From the NCBI GenBank assembly GCA_965223155.1, contig CBDCVR010000014.1:512001-576000 (forward strand): DNA of 64,000 nucleotides. Direction: 5' to 3'. Position numbers and translations under genes: made by a program. Shown here piece by piece: positions 49,747 to 58,819 of this stretch. The notes beneath the pieces were generated by a model. It was not told the DNA's origin. It was given only the letters and a program-made list of their open reading frames with translations, and searched no databases. Position 1 is the first letter of the stretch. The number at the start of each line of letters is the position of its first letter. This DNA comes from Candidatus Multivoradales bacterium. GTDB taxonomy: Bacteria; Acidobacteriota; Thermoanaerobaculia; Multivoradales; JAHEKO01.

Positions 49747-50946
49747 TGGGCACTCCGCGACGAAGGGCTCGGTCACGAGGACTTCGACCGGAACGCCATC
49801 GATCGCGGCTGGAACCTGAAGCAGGGCCTCCGGAGCCCGGGTGGAAACGAAGACTTTGAACGCTGTCTCCGCGTCGCGATCACCGGCGCCGATGCCCATG
49901 CCGAGCACTCCTGGGATCGCGAGGATCCCGTCTTCGGTGCGCTTCTGGATCGCTTCGAGCTTCCTCATCGCCCGGTGGCGCAACCGTGCTTCGCGGTCAA
50001 CGGCAAGGGTCGCCGACTCCGGCTCGGGCTCGGCGCTACAGCCCACCAGCGAAACCTTGCCCCGCGGCTTCACACCCCGAAGCGCCTTGAGCACGCCGTT
50101 CATGGGCGACACCAGAGTGACCTTGGTGCCGAGCAGCGTGCGCGCGCCGGCGAACAAGAGGCCAACCGCCGCCGGGCAGCGCTTCCGATCCACGTAGACG
50201 ACGGCGCCCGAGTCACCCGGCTCACTGAAGGGCTTGTCTCTACGGCCAAAGATGACCATCTGGTTCGTGAACCGGGCGTCCTTGGTTTCCTCGGATCCAC
50301 ACTCAACCGACATTCCGACCGTGACGCTGACATTCAAGGCCTCCACCGTGCCGCGCGTCAAGCCGCTGGTGCGGCCGCTCTTCTTGACCGCCAATCCGAC
50401 CTTGGGCGGCACAACGCCTGTACCCGGAACGCCAATACCGACGATGTGGCCGTTCGACTTCACCATGCCGTCCCGCACCTGAGCCAGAGCCGCGTCCGCC
50501 TTGTTGCGTCCACCGCCGAACTTTATCTTCTTGAACTGATAGAGGTCGGCTACAAGATCGTTTTCCGCCACCCGGCAGCCCGAGTCGATCATGCCGGGCT
50601 GGCTGATCGCCTCGCCGGCGCGCGCCTGGTTCCTGCGGGCAATCACGTGGTTGTTCGAGAGAATGTGCAGCAAGCCGTTCTTCTCGACAAGCGCCCCAAG
50701 GGTGCCCGAACAGCACGCCACGAAGGAGATGTTCTCGACATTGCCTCCCGAGGTGCCCAGGCTGACCGGAGGCTTCTGGTTCTTCTGATGCCTCTTGGGC
50801 CCCGCCGCGGCCTGTGGCGCTGTCGCGGTCAGAGCAACGACAGCAGCCAGGGCGATAGCAACGCCTCGGGCCGAGGCCACCGCCCAAGGCCTCGCCTGCC
50901 GGCCTTGCGACTCTCGAAGCTGCGTTGGAAGCTCAGCACAACGCAT
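49735..50946 (-). CDS. secreted chymotrypsin-like (Nal1-type S1) serine protease
   Basis: GTLG, LSNNHV, ADAAL, KSGRTSGLTRG, PGDSGA; its stop codon lies inside the REP-like repeat. Confidence 0.88.
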   Translation of the reverse strand: MRCAELPTQLRESQGRQARPWAVASARGVAIALAAVVALTATAPQAAAGPKRHQKNQKPPVSLGTSGGNVENISFVACCSGTLGALVEKNGLLHILSNNHVIARRNQARAGEAISQPGMIDSGCRVAENDLVADLYQFKKIKFGGGRNKADAALAQVRDGMVKSNGHIVGIGVPGTGVVPPKVGLAVKKSGRTSGLTRGTVEALNVSVTVGMSVECGSEETKDARFTNQMVIFGRRDKPFSEPGDSGAVVYVDRKRCPAAVGLLFAGARTLLGTKVTLVSPMNGVLKALRGVKPRGKVSLVGCSAEPEPESATLAVDREARLRHRAMRKLEAIQKRTEDGILAIPGVLGMGIGAGDRDAETAFKVFVSTRAPEALLQVPAAIDGVPVEVLVTEPFVAECPEIG

Positions 50947-50974
50947 GGTCTGATTGTACAGAATCCTGGAGAAC

Positions 50975-52345
50975 CTAGTAGAACAACTTGGTTGTCACAT
51001 ACACAACGCTCAAGAAGATCGTCGCCAGAACAGGCAAGGCCATCAGGAGCAGTCCCGCCCGCGCCCACTCACGACCGTGAATGCTGTGGCGGAGCCTCGC
51101 GGTGGTCAGATGGACCGCGGCGCCTGACACCAGCGCCACCAGCGTTAGGCCCGCTCCGAAACCGAAGAACCAGAGTCCCTCGAGCTCTTTCGCGTGGAAG
51201 TACAGCCAGGGAAGAACCAGGACGAGAGACGCGACGATCGAAAGCTCCACCGCTCTCGTGGCCAGCTCTGCCTTCCACGCGCGCCAAAGGAGAACGCCCA
51301 GGACGACGGTCCCGATAGCAAGCCAATGGAAGAAGTAGCCCTTCACCTCGATCACTTCGGTGACTACGAGACCGGCAACCACGAAGAAGATCGCCAGAAC
51401 CACGGCCTTGCCTGATTCACTCCAGGATCCGGCGAGGGTGACAGCGACTGCCGCCGCCGCGAAGGCGACCAGCGGAATCGTTGCGATCCCCCCGAGATGC
51501 ATGTGGCGAGCGAGCACGAAGTTCGGCATGACTCCAAGTGACAAGAGCGCGGTTCCCAGACCGCCGAGCAACAACCAGGCACCGACGCCTCGGGGCCAAC
51601 CTGGCAGAACCAGGCGCCCGATCCGAGAGGTCAAGGAAAGAGTGTCATCCCACCGCTCCCCCCGCGAAAACACTATCCACAGCGCAAGCCCCGCCAGACT
51701 CATCACAGAGCCGCCCAGCAAGAGTCCGACTCCCGCTGCGTTCGGGCGACGTCGGACGGCTGCCCGTTCCTCCGCCGAGCACAACTCCTTCAGAACCAGC
51801 TTCCGGTTCAAGCTGTTCCGGCCGTCACTGAGGACCCGCCGCACTTCGAGCAACTCCGCGGTTCGCATGTTGAACATGAATTGGTGTGCGTGAACCTCGC
51901 CGGTATCCAATACCCGCTCGTAGGGTAGATCCACGACCAGATACGGAGGCAAGGTCGAGAGATCGTGGTACCAGGATCCCCTGAGAGTCGGCTCCATGTC
52001 AGGCGGTTGCACAAAGAGTTCCGCCAGACAGGGCGGCAGCGCGAGCGTCGAACCTCCAGTAGATAGCGTCACTCGGGGCTCCAGCTCCTCGCCACCATCC
52101 TCGATCGACAAGCTCGCGGGACGATACGAATCCGGATACTCCAAGATCGTCCCGTCTGAAGCTAGAGAGAAGTGGCTGTCCTCATGTGCCCAAGCCGGTG
52201 CTCCGACGACGAAAGCGGCGAGGAGCCAACCGCAGCACCGCACCCGATTCGGGACCGACGCACGATCCTTGGCCGTCTCGGCGTCGAGTGGGGTCGACAC
52301 CATCGTCGCGCCATCGACCGACTGCCGAACATCCTCGACTCCCAC
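50975..52345 (-). CDS. hypothetical membrane protein (soluble N-domain plus ~8 TMs); start uncertain
   Basis: Signal-like ...GAPAWA; SWYHD...LPPYL domain; hydrophobic C-terminal half. Confidence 0.65.
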   Translation of the reverse strand: MGVEDVRQSVDGATMVSTPLDAETAKDRASVPNRVRCCGWLLAAFVVGAPAWAHEDSHFSLASDGTILEYPDSYRPASLSIEDGGEELEPRVTLSTGGSTLALPPCLAELFVQPPDMEPTLRGSWYHDLSTLPPYLVVDLPYERVLDTGEVHAHQFMFNMRTAELLEVRRVLSDGRNSLNRKLVLKELCSAEERAAVRRRPNAAGVGLLLGGSVMSLAGLALWIVFSRGERWDDTLSLTSRIGRLVLPGWPRGVGAWLLLGGLGTALLSLGVMPNFVLARHMHLGGIATIPLVAFAAAAVAVTLAGSWSESGKAVVLAIFFVVAGLVVTEVIEVKGYFFHWLAIGTVVLGVLLWRAWKAELATRAVELSIVASLVLVLPWLYFHAKELEGLWFFGFGAGLTLVALVSGAAVHLTTARLRHSIHGREWARAGLLLMALPVLATIFLSVVYVTTKLFY

Positions 52346-52446
52346 AGACTTGTTCTCAGACCTCGTCGAAACCGAACCCCTGGGAGCGAAACGCCTTGTT
52401 CCTAGTTCTTTCGATCGGATTCGATCGATGGCTCAACGATTAGCAA

Positions 52447-52899
52447 TCAGCGATCAGACTCACCGCCAAGTACTGCCACTTCGAGATCCGGAAAGCGGGC
52501 GAAGCCACGATCAAAAGTCGCCAGCGTCAAACCCTCGGCCTGAGCAAACGCCGCCAGATACGCGTCCGTCCAGAACTTCGGCGAGGAACCATCCCGGCCA
52601 CATAGGACCGCGAGCCTTGGTTCCAGTCCCTCGGGCTCCTGCGCGAAAGCCACGGCTCGCTGTGAGGCTGCCTGCTCGTAGACCGTCCAAGCTTCGCGGA
52701 TCGTCCGCCTGGCAGGTCCCAACACCCGCTCGTTGGTCAGCAGCCGGAGCAAGCCCAGCTGCGTCAAGCGACAGAATACGACTCGCCCGCCCGCCGGGAG
52801 AACCTGGCCCCGCCACCAAGCCAGGGCTTCTTCGTGATGCGGATGCTCGGCGACGACGGAAGCCAGCCAGACGTTAACGTCGGCTAGGAAGTTCCGCAT
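52447..52899 (-). CDS. vapC: VapC (PIN) toxin
   Basis: LADVNVWLA, WTDAYLAAFA, LATFDRGF. Confidence 0.9.
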   Translation of the reverse strand: MRNFLADVNVWLASVVAEHPHHEEALAWWRGQVLPAGGRVVFCRLTQLGLLRLLTNERVLGPARRTIREAWTVYEQAASQRAVAFAQEPEGLEPRLAVLCGRDGSSPKFWTDAYLAAFAQAEGLTLATFDRGFARFPDLEVAVLGGESDR

Positions 52900-53188
52900 C
52901 CGCCTCGTCGCCTTCGGTAAGGATCTCGTCGATTCTGTGTCCGTCGATCGCGCGAAGCTCGGCTGTGGTTTCACCCAGTATCAACGGCAGAACGCAGTCC
53001 TCGGCAAGGGCGGAAACATCCGGTGCAAAAGCCACTTCGGACTCACGCACTTCGCCTGGACGTGCCCATCCGTACAGCGCCTCCCGGAGTGCAGCCTCGA
53101 CAAACTCCCTGAGCTTCATCCCCTGAAGTGCGGCGCGGGCTTTGACCTGCCGGTAGAGCTCGTCGGGAAGATCGACCGTTGTCCGCAT
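52874..53188 (-). CDS. vapB: VapB-type RHH antitoxin
   Basis: MRTTVDLPDELYRQVKARAALQG; overlaps the vapC start. Confidence 0.85.
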   Translation of the reverse strand: MRTTVDLPDELYRQVKARAALQGMKLREFVEAALREALYGWARPGEVRESEVAFAPDVSALAEDCVLPLILGETTAELRAIDGHRIDEILTEGDEADAELPSRR

Positions 53189-53469
53189 AACCACATATTA
53201 GCATATTTCCGTGTACCGTAGGCGACCCTGACCGATGTTCCCCGCTCGAGGCCGATTCCGCCTGGGAGGCACTGCGCAACACGCCCGAGTGGGACGAGCT
53301 TCTGGCCTCGTTGCCTGACGGTTGACTCCGCTGAAGACTCGGACAGATCGCGCGGCAAATCTGGGAGACAGGGTGACAGATGAGATGAGTCGGTCGGTCT
53401 CCAGCTGGGACACTGTGCCAGTTGGAGATAACCAAGAATCGGCATCAGAGCCGAGAAAGGAGACCGACC

Positions 53470-54483
53470 ATGGAGTATCTTGGCATCGATGTTCACTCGA
53501 AGTACAGCGAGGTGTGTGGCGTATCAGAAGACGGTGAGGTGACGGTTCGCCGGCGGGTTCCGACGACCGAGACGGGCCTGCGAAGGTTCTTCGCCAATCG
53601 GGAACGCTCGCAGGTGACGCTCGAGAGCGGTCCGGTCACACCCTGGGTCTATCGACTGCTGTCTGAGCTCGGCCATGAGGTGATGGTGGTCAATCCACGC
53701 CGGGTACGTCTGATCGCGGAATCGACCCTGAAGACGGACGGAATCGACGCCGAGATCCTGGCTCGTTTGAGCCGGTTGGATCTGGGTTTGCTTCGACCAG
53801 TCTACCAGCGCACAGGTGAGGCCCAAGAGCTTCGGACGCGTCTTCGGGTCCGAACGAGTCTGGTGAAGACCAGGACCTCGCTGATCAACTCCGTACGCGG
53901 AACGCTGCGGGCACAGGGCTACCGAGTGCCCTCATGTCCGGCGAAGAGCTTCGTGGCTCGGTACGCGTCGATGTCGGTCGAAGCCGGCCTGTTGGGAGCG
54001 CTCGAACCTCTGGTAACGACAATCGGCGAGCTGACCGATCGGATCCACCATCTCGAAGACGACCTCATCTCCGAGTCGAGATCAAACGAGCTGGTCCGTC
54101 GGCTGCAGACGGTTCCTGGTGTGGGGCCTCTGGTGAGCCTTGCGTTCGTCGGCTGGATGGATCGTCCGGATCGGTTCGAGAAAAGCCGCGACGTCGGAGC
54201 GTGTCTGGGCTTGAGACCGTCGCTTCGCAGCTCAGGAGGGCATGAGGTCAGGGGCCGGATCACTCGCGAGGGCGACTCGGAGATGCGCAGACTCTTGGTG
54301 CAGGCAGCTCATGCGGCGTTGAACTGTCGCAAAGAGTCGTCACTCAAGAGATGGGCTGAGGGCCTGGTCGAGAGGCTGGGTAAGGGCAAGGCCGTGGTCG
54401 CGCTAGCTAGGAAGATCGCGGTGTTGCTCCACAGGCTGTGGGTGACAGGTGAGAGCTTCCGAGCCTTTCCCAAGGCAGCGTAG
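53470..54483 (+). CDS. IS110-family DEDD transposase/recombinase
   Basis: LGIDVH, LESG, KTDGIDA, VPGVG, GLRP...SSGG, ALARK; SD AAGGAG. Confidence 0.95.
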   Translation: MEYLGIDVHSKYSEVCGVSEDGEVTVRRRVPTTETGLRRFFANRERSQVTLESGPVTPWVYRLLSELGHEVMVVNPRRVRLIAESTLKTDGIDAEILARLSRLDLGLLRPVYQRTGEAQELRTRLRVRTSLVKTRTSLINSVRGTLRAQGYRVPSCPAKSFVARYASMSVEAGLLGALEPLVTTIGELTDRIHHLEDDLISESRSNELVRRLQTVPGVGPLVSLAFVGWMDRPDRFEKSRDVGACLGLRPSLRSSGGHEVRGRITREGDSEMRRLLVQAAHAALNCRKESSLKRWAEGLVERLGKGKAVVALARKIAVLLHRLWVTGESFRAFPKAA

Positions 54484-54519
54484 AAGAGATAACTAGACGA
54501 CCAACAAGCAAGGACGGAT

Positions 54520-54670
54520 TGAGAGGTTCGATGACTCCGAAAGTATCCTTGGTGGCCCCGACACCGTGTGACAGATGGGAGCATCGATTCCTAAACGGAC
54601 GCAAAACTCACCATGCACCGGTTCAAAGAAGAACCCTACAGAGTGCGAATAGAAGCTCGTCCCAAGCCTC
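54520..54670 (+). ncRNA. putative bridge/seekRNA of the IS1111-type element (boundaries approximate)
   Basis: Two stem / internal-loop / stem modules; loops contain GTATCCT and GTGACAG (target) and ATAGAAG and CTCA (donor). Confidence 0.75.
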
Positions 54671-54827
54671 GATCCAAACCTAAGGAAAACTACAAAAAGA
54701 AGAAACGAAACTCTTGACGCCAACCGACCGACTCATAGAAGGATGCCTGTCTTCTTGAGGCTACCGACAGGCCGGCTGGTCCGCCCCGAGTTGCCGCCAA
54801 GGGCCGGCTCGCCCGTCCATCCAAAGG

Positions 54828-54845
54828 ATAGGGATCCTGTCACCC
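54828..54845 (-). repeat. REP-like repeat copy; inverted partner of the IS-interrupted copy
   Basis: Reverse complement GGGTGACAGGATCCCTAT. Confidence 0.8.
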
Positions 54846-54881
54846 AAGTTTTCCTTATCTCCGGCGGATCGCCAGCCGCCA

Positions 54882-55712
54882 TCAAGGTCGGCGGAACGCG
54901 AGACTGTAGATCTCGTACTCCTCCAGAGCAGTCGCAAGCAGACTTCGGCCTACAAAGGCGATGCCGCTAACGCGGACTCCAGGCAGCCGGAACCGTTCCT
55001 CGATCCGACCGTCGCCATCCAAGGCGTAGAGGTTGTACTCGTCGGCCGACCAGAGCCGGCTTCCGTCCCAGGTCACGGCGGCAAGGCGCCCGGCGCCCAG
55101 GTGCTGAAATCCGTTCACTGCCACAAGTCGAGACTTGTCTTCGATCCGCAGCCGATGGACGGTGTTGGTGCCGGCGTCCGCGACAACTAGATGCGTCCCG
55201 TCGAAGGTCAGGCCGGCAACGTCCCAGACCTCCGGCGGCAGTGGAGCGCGCGTCCATCCAAGAAATACGAACTTCTCTCGATTTTCGACCGAAACCGAAC
55301 CGATGCCAGGAACGTGCGTGAACCCTTGAAGCTGGTGCGGCGCCGTGTGCGCCCAAAAGGCGGTCTTTCCGAACTCGGGCACGCCACGGTCCAAGGGAAA
55401 CTCAAAGATGGCGAGATCTCCCGACGCAAGGATCCACTTGCGCTCGCTCTCATACTCGAGATCGTTCAAGAGAAGACGACCGCGCTGGCTCGATCCAGGA
55501 ACCGAATAGGTTCTGACCAGCTCGAGGCTGGCGGGCTCGACTCTCGGAGGCGGTATGCGAGCCGCGGGTGGCGTCGCCGCCGATTCCGCCGCCGACCCCG
55601 GAAGCCCATCGCCGCACCCGACGAGTGCGATGGCGATGCTGACCACGGCACATGCCGAGGCTGCAGTCTGGAGCCCAGCCAAGCGACTCCTGGGCCCGAG
55701 GTCGACACGCAT
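54882..55712 (-). CDS. hypothetical lipoprotein with beta-propeller-like repeats
   Basis: Lipobox LVGC; GLTFDGTHLVVAD, AVTWDGSRLWSAD, GIAFVGRSLL repeats. Confidence 0.7.
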   Translation of the reverse strand: MRVDLGPRSRLAGLQTAASACAVVSIAIALVGCGDGLPGSAAESAATPPAARIPPPRVEPASLELVRTYSVPGSSQRGRLLLNDLEYESERKWILASGDLAIFEFPLDRGVPEFGKTAFWAHTAPHQLQGFTHVPGIGSVSVENREKFVFLGWTRAPLPPEVWDVAGLTFDGTHLVVADAGTNTVHRLRIEDKSRLVAVNGFQHLGAGRLAAVTWDGSRLWSADEYNLYALDGDGRIEERFRLPGVRVSGIAFVGRSLLATALEEYEIYSLAFRRP

Positions 55713-55882
55713 ACGGAACACAACGAGGAGACTATCCAAACGTAGGATTGCGCGCGGTCGGAACGCACTGGTTTCGGGGTGCGGGGCTCTCCCCTTGTCA
55801 GAACACCTGGAAGTCGGAAGTACCGGCTGATCGGTGGGGTATAGACTGGGTCGCAAGTTCGAACAAGCATTGGGAGGTGGCA

Positions 55883-56224
55883 ATGAGAAGCTACTCTGGC
55901 GCCAGCAGAGACATCAGCGCTGAGCTGAGGCGGGCGGGCTGGAGCATCGCGAGAGATGCGATGGAACCACTCCGGCGCATCGACTTCGCCAGGCTCGTCG
56001 ACATTCACGATCACGAACAGCATTTCTTGGAGCGTACGTTCGTCAGCTCTCTCGTGGGCATCCGCGAGGCCCGCGTCGCGACGCCGGCCGAGGAAGGGAA
56101 GATCGTCAAGAAGGACGTCGAGACCGCTCTGCGAATGCTCGGCACGGCGGTGGCTCGGCAGTCGGAGGAGACGATCTCCGCAAACTCGAAAAGGATCATC
56201 ATTGACTCCTGCGGCTTCTGCTAG
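55883..56224 (+). CDS. small helical hypothetical protein with C-terminal CxxC
   Basis: SD GGAGG; 113 aa; ends SCGFC. Confidence 0.75.
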   Translation: MRSYSGASRDISAELRRAGWSIARDAMEPLRRIDFARLVDIHDHEQHFLERTFVSSLVGIREARVATPAEEGKIVKKDVETALRMLGTAVARQSEETISANSKRIIIDSCGFC

Positions 56225-56243
56225 AGACGCGGAGGAACACCGA

Positions 56244-56609
56244 ATGGACTTCAAGGCCATCATCGATTTGGTGAAGTACACCTTGGCATTAGGAGCCGCG
56301 TGCTTCGTCTACACGCTCGAGAAGCTCGTTCCGGTTCCGGCGGAAGGCCGCTGGCTGGTTCTCACACTGCTTGGATTGTTCGTTGTTTCCGCGGTCGCGG
56401 GCATTCTGATCTTCTCCGCGGCCACCGCGGCCCAGCACGGTGACCCAGCCCGAGCCGTGCGCCAGAAGAATCGAATTCGGGTCGCGGCCTACGTTCACAT
56501 CGGATGTCTCGCACTGGGGATTCTTCTTCTCGGCGGCAAGCTGGTTCATCAAGTCTTCACCGAGGTGCCCGAGCCGCCGCAGGTGACGTCCTCTCCGAGT
56601 TCTTCATGA
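56244..56609 (+). CDS. 3-TM membrane protein
   Basis: SD GGAGG; three hydrophobic segments; 19 nt after the previous gene. Confidence 0.75.
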   Translation: MDFKAIIDLVKYTLALGAACFVYTLEKLVPVPAEGRWLVLTLLGLFVVSAVAGILIFSAATAAQHGDPARAVRQKNRIRVAAYVHIGCLALGILLLGGKLVHQVFTEVPEPPQVTSSPSSS

Positions 56610-56660
56610 ACTCGTCCTGAGCACGGTGCCTGTCGCTAAGTCGTCTTTTCGGTCCACCGG

Positions 56661-57260
56661 ATGAAGCTCCTCCTCTTTAGCGATCTCCACCGCGACCTCG
56701 CCGCGGCTGCACACTTGGTCGAGCTGTCGGCCGGCGCCGACGTCGCGGTCGGCGCGGGCGACTTCGCCACGATGCATCGTGGCCTCGAGGAGATCGTCGG
56801 CGTCCTGCGCGGGATGGCTTGCCCGACGGTTGTCGTACCGGGAAACGGCGAGACTCTCGGCGAGCTCCGCGACGCCTGTTCGACCTGGCCCGCCGCTCAT
56901 GTGCTGCACGGTACCGGCGTCGAGCTCGGCGGGCGCGCCTTCTTCGGCCTGGGAGGCGGCGTACCGGTAACGCCCTTCGGATCCTGGAGCTACGACTTCA
57001 CCGAAGAGGAGGCCACGGCCCTCCTGGCCGGGTGCCCCGAAGGGGCGATCCTTGTCTCCCACTCCCCGCCCCAAGGCGCCGTCGATCGCGACGGGCAGGG
57101 CTCGAGCCTCGGCAGCACGGCGGTGCGCGACTTGATCCTCTCGAAGTCACCCGCGCTCGCCGTCTGCGGCCACATCCACGCCTGCGCGGGCCAGCACGAA
57201 ACGCTCGGCTCGACCCCCATTGTCAATGCCGGCCCCGCCGGGGTTTCGTGGGAACTCTAG
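56661..57260 (+). CDS. metallophosphoesterase (Icc-related)
   Basis: SDLH, GAGDF, PGNGE, SHSPP, CGHIH, VNAG. Confidence 0.9.
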   Translation: MKLLLFSDLHRDLAAAAHLVELSAGADVAVGAGDFATMHRGLEEIVGVLRGMACPTVVVPGNGETLGELRDACSTWPAAHVLHGTGVELGGRAFFGLGGGVPVTPFGSWSYDFTEEEATALLAGCPEGAILVSHSPPQGAVDRDGQGSSLGSTAVRDLILSKSPALAVCGHIHACAGQHETLGSTPIVNAGPAGVSWEL

Positions 57261-57378
57261 GAGAACGATGACAGCTTCCCGATCGTTTCGACAGCGGCGC
57301 GCGGCCAGTTCGTCGGCTGGAACCTGCGGGATGCGTATTCAGTCACCGAATCTTCCACTGCATCTCTGGAGAACCATC

Positions 57379-58773
57379 ATGTCGGAGATCATCTCGCCGA
57401 AGTCGAGTCTTGCTCGCCATGTAGGCGGCACCACGCTACGACGCCTTGCTCTTTGTGCAGGCCTGGGTTCGCTCGTGGCTCTGTCTCCAGCAGCCCGAGC
57501 TCAATTCATCCCAACGCTGGATGACGGTGCGCAAGTCTTCATCGAAGACATCTATGGCGGGAAGAATCGGGGGCGCCTGATGTCGGCCAGCCCACCCGCA
57601 GAGGCCTCCGATTGCCGACTCCATGGGAAGTTGGGCACAAATTGCCGAGATTTGATTCTGGAGCCAGCAGCCGTCGAAGGAGGTTCTCGGAGTCGATGGA
57701 CACTGACCCAAGCCGAGGACGGTACCTACTTCGTCCAGGAGGTCCACAGCGAGATCTCATCCGAGCCGAATCGACGCCTCTACTGGACTCGAAAGGGCGA
57801 CGATTGTCAGAACGCCAAGAAGTATCGCGACTGCGCCAATCTCGCTCTCATCGCCAATCTCGACGACCGCTACGCGCAATCGAAGTGGCGGCTCTCTCGC
57901 ACAGGGGATGGCGAGACCTTCTTCATTGACGATGCCTGGAACGGCGGAGGGAAACCGCACGGCGGAAGAATGTACTGGACACGAGCTCTGAACGACTGTC
58001 AACGATTCAACCCGACCGACTCGTTCGCCAGCGAGTGCGCCAATCCCTTTCTTCTCGCCAAGGATGACCCTCGGGGCACCGGCGATCCGGTCCGATGGAA
58101 ACTGGTGATCGCGAGTGAGGCTTGGGAGCAGAGCCGTGAGACCTGGCGACCTGTGTCGCTGGATACCAGTCGCGGCGGGCGGCTTCAGGATGGCGAGAAA
58201 TGCACTCTGGGGCTGAGCGAGCCGGGTTGCATGAACTACTGGAAGTGGAACGACCTCTTCAAGAACAAGCTCAACATGAGCGACCGTGAGATCACGTGGG
58301 TATCGAGGCTCTCTGCAAACTTCGGCGCCCTGCCAAGTGCAGAAGGCCGATACGTCTACGTCTTCAAGAAGAGCTCTGCCGGAGACTTCGATGAGATCGT
58401 CCTGCGGCACTCCGACGAAGACCCCGACAATGCCGGCTTTCGGTACGAGGCCAACTGCGTAGCGAAAAAGGTCGGCAAGCAGAGCGACTGCAAGCGCACC
58501 TCCCGCAAGGAGGGGAGCTACGTCCCTGTCAAGCACACCCAGCTCAATGGTGGATGGGGCGACGTTTGGTGCGCGGGTGAACTGCGTATCGAGAACGGAG
58601 CCGTCTGTTTGGTCAACAACAGCTCAGGGCATTTCAAGCCGCCGCCATCCTGCGCGGGAAAAGTGGTGGTCTCTCTCGCGTTGTGGAAGATGCCCGTCTC
58701 GGATTCGGTAGTGCGAGGAGCCCATGAGATCTACAAGGCCAATCGGCCCTGCCCCTCCGAAGGCAACGGCTGA
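57379..58773 (+). CDS. secreted protein: beta-trefoil-like repeats plus C-terminal H..L.GG/AGE/NxSGHxxP domain
   Basis: Signal peptide ...PAARA; repeats RWTLTQAEDGTYF, KWRLSRTGDGETFF, RWKL; KHTQLNGG..VWCAGEL...G...VNNSSGHFKP. Confidence 0.75.
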   Translation: MSEIISPKSSLARHVGGTTLRRLALCAGLGSLVALSPAARAQFIPTLDDGAQVFIEDIYGGKNRGRLMSASPPAEASDCRLHGKLGTNCRDLILEPAAVEGGSRSRWTLTQAEDGTYFVQEVHSEISSEPNRRLYWTRKGDDCQNAKKYRDCANLALIANLDDRYAQSKWRLSRTGDGETFFIDDAWNGGGKPHGGRMYWTRALNDCQRFNPTDSFASECANPFLLAKDDPRGTGDPVRWKLVIASEAWEQSRETWRPVSLDTSRGGRLQDGEKCTLGLSEPGCMNYWKWNDLFKNKLNMSDREITWVSRLSANFGALPSAEGRYVYVFKKSSAGDFDEIVLRHSDEDPDNAGFRYEANCVAKKVGKQSDCKRTSRKEGSYVPVKHTQLNGGWGDVWCAGELRIENGAVCLVNNSSGHFKPPPSCAGKVVVSLALWKMPVSDSVVRGAHEIYKANRPCPSEGNG

Positions 58774-58819
58774 TCTGGCCCCCCGACGCCAGATTCCAGG
58801 AGATGCGGGGACGGGCTCC

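Larger units (their letters stand above)
53378..54741 (+). mobile_element. IS110-family, IS1111-group insertion sequence
   Basis: 14-bp subterminal IRs ATGAGTCGGTCGGT (53385-53398) and ACCGACCGACTCAT (54723-54736); AG core at both ends; long 3' non-coding end. Confidence 0.9.
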
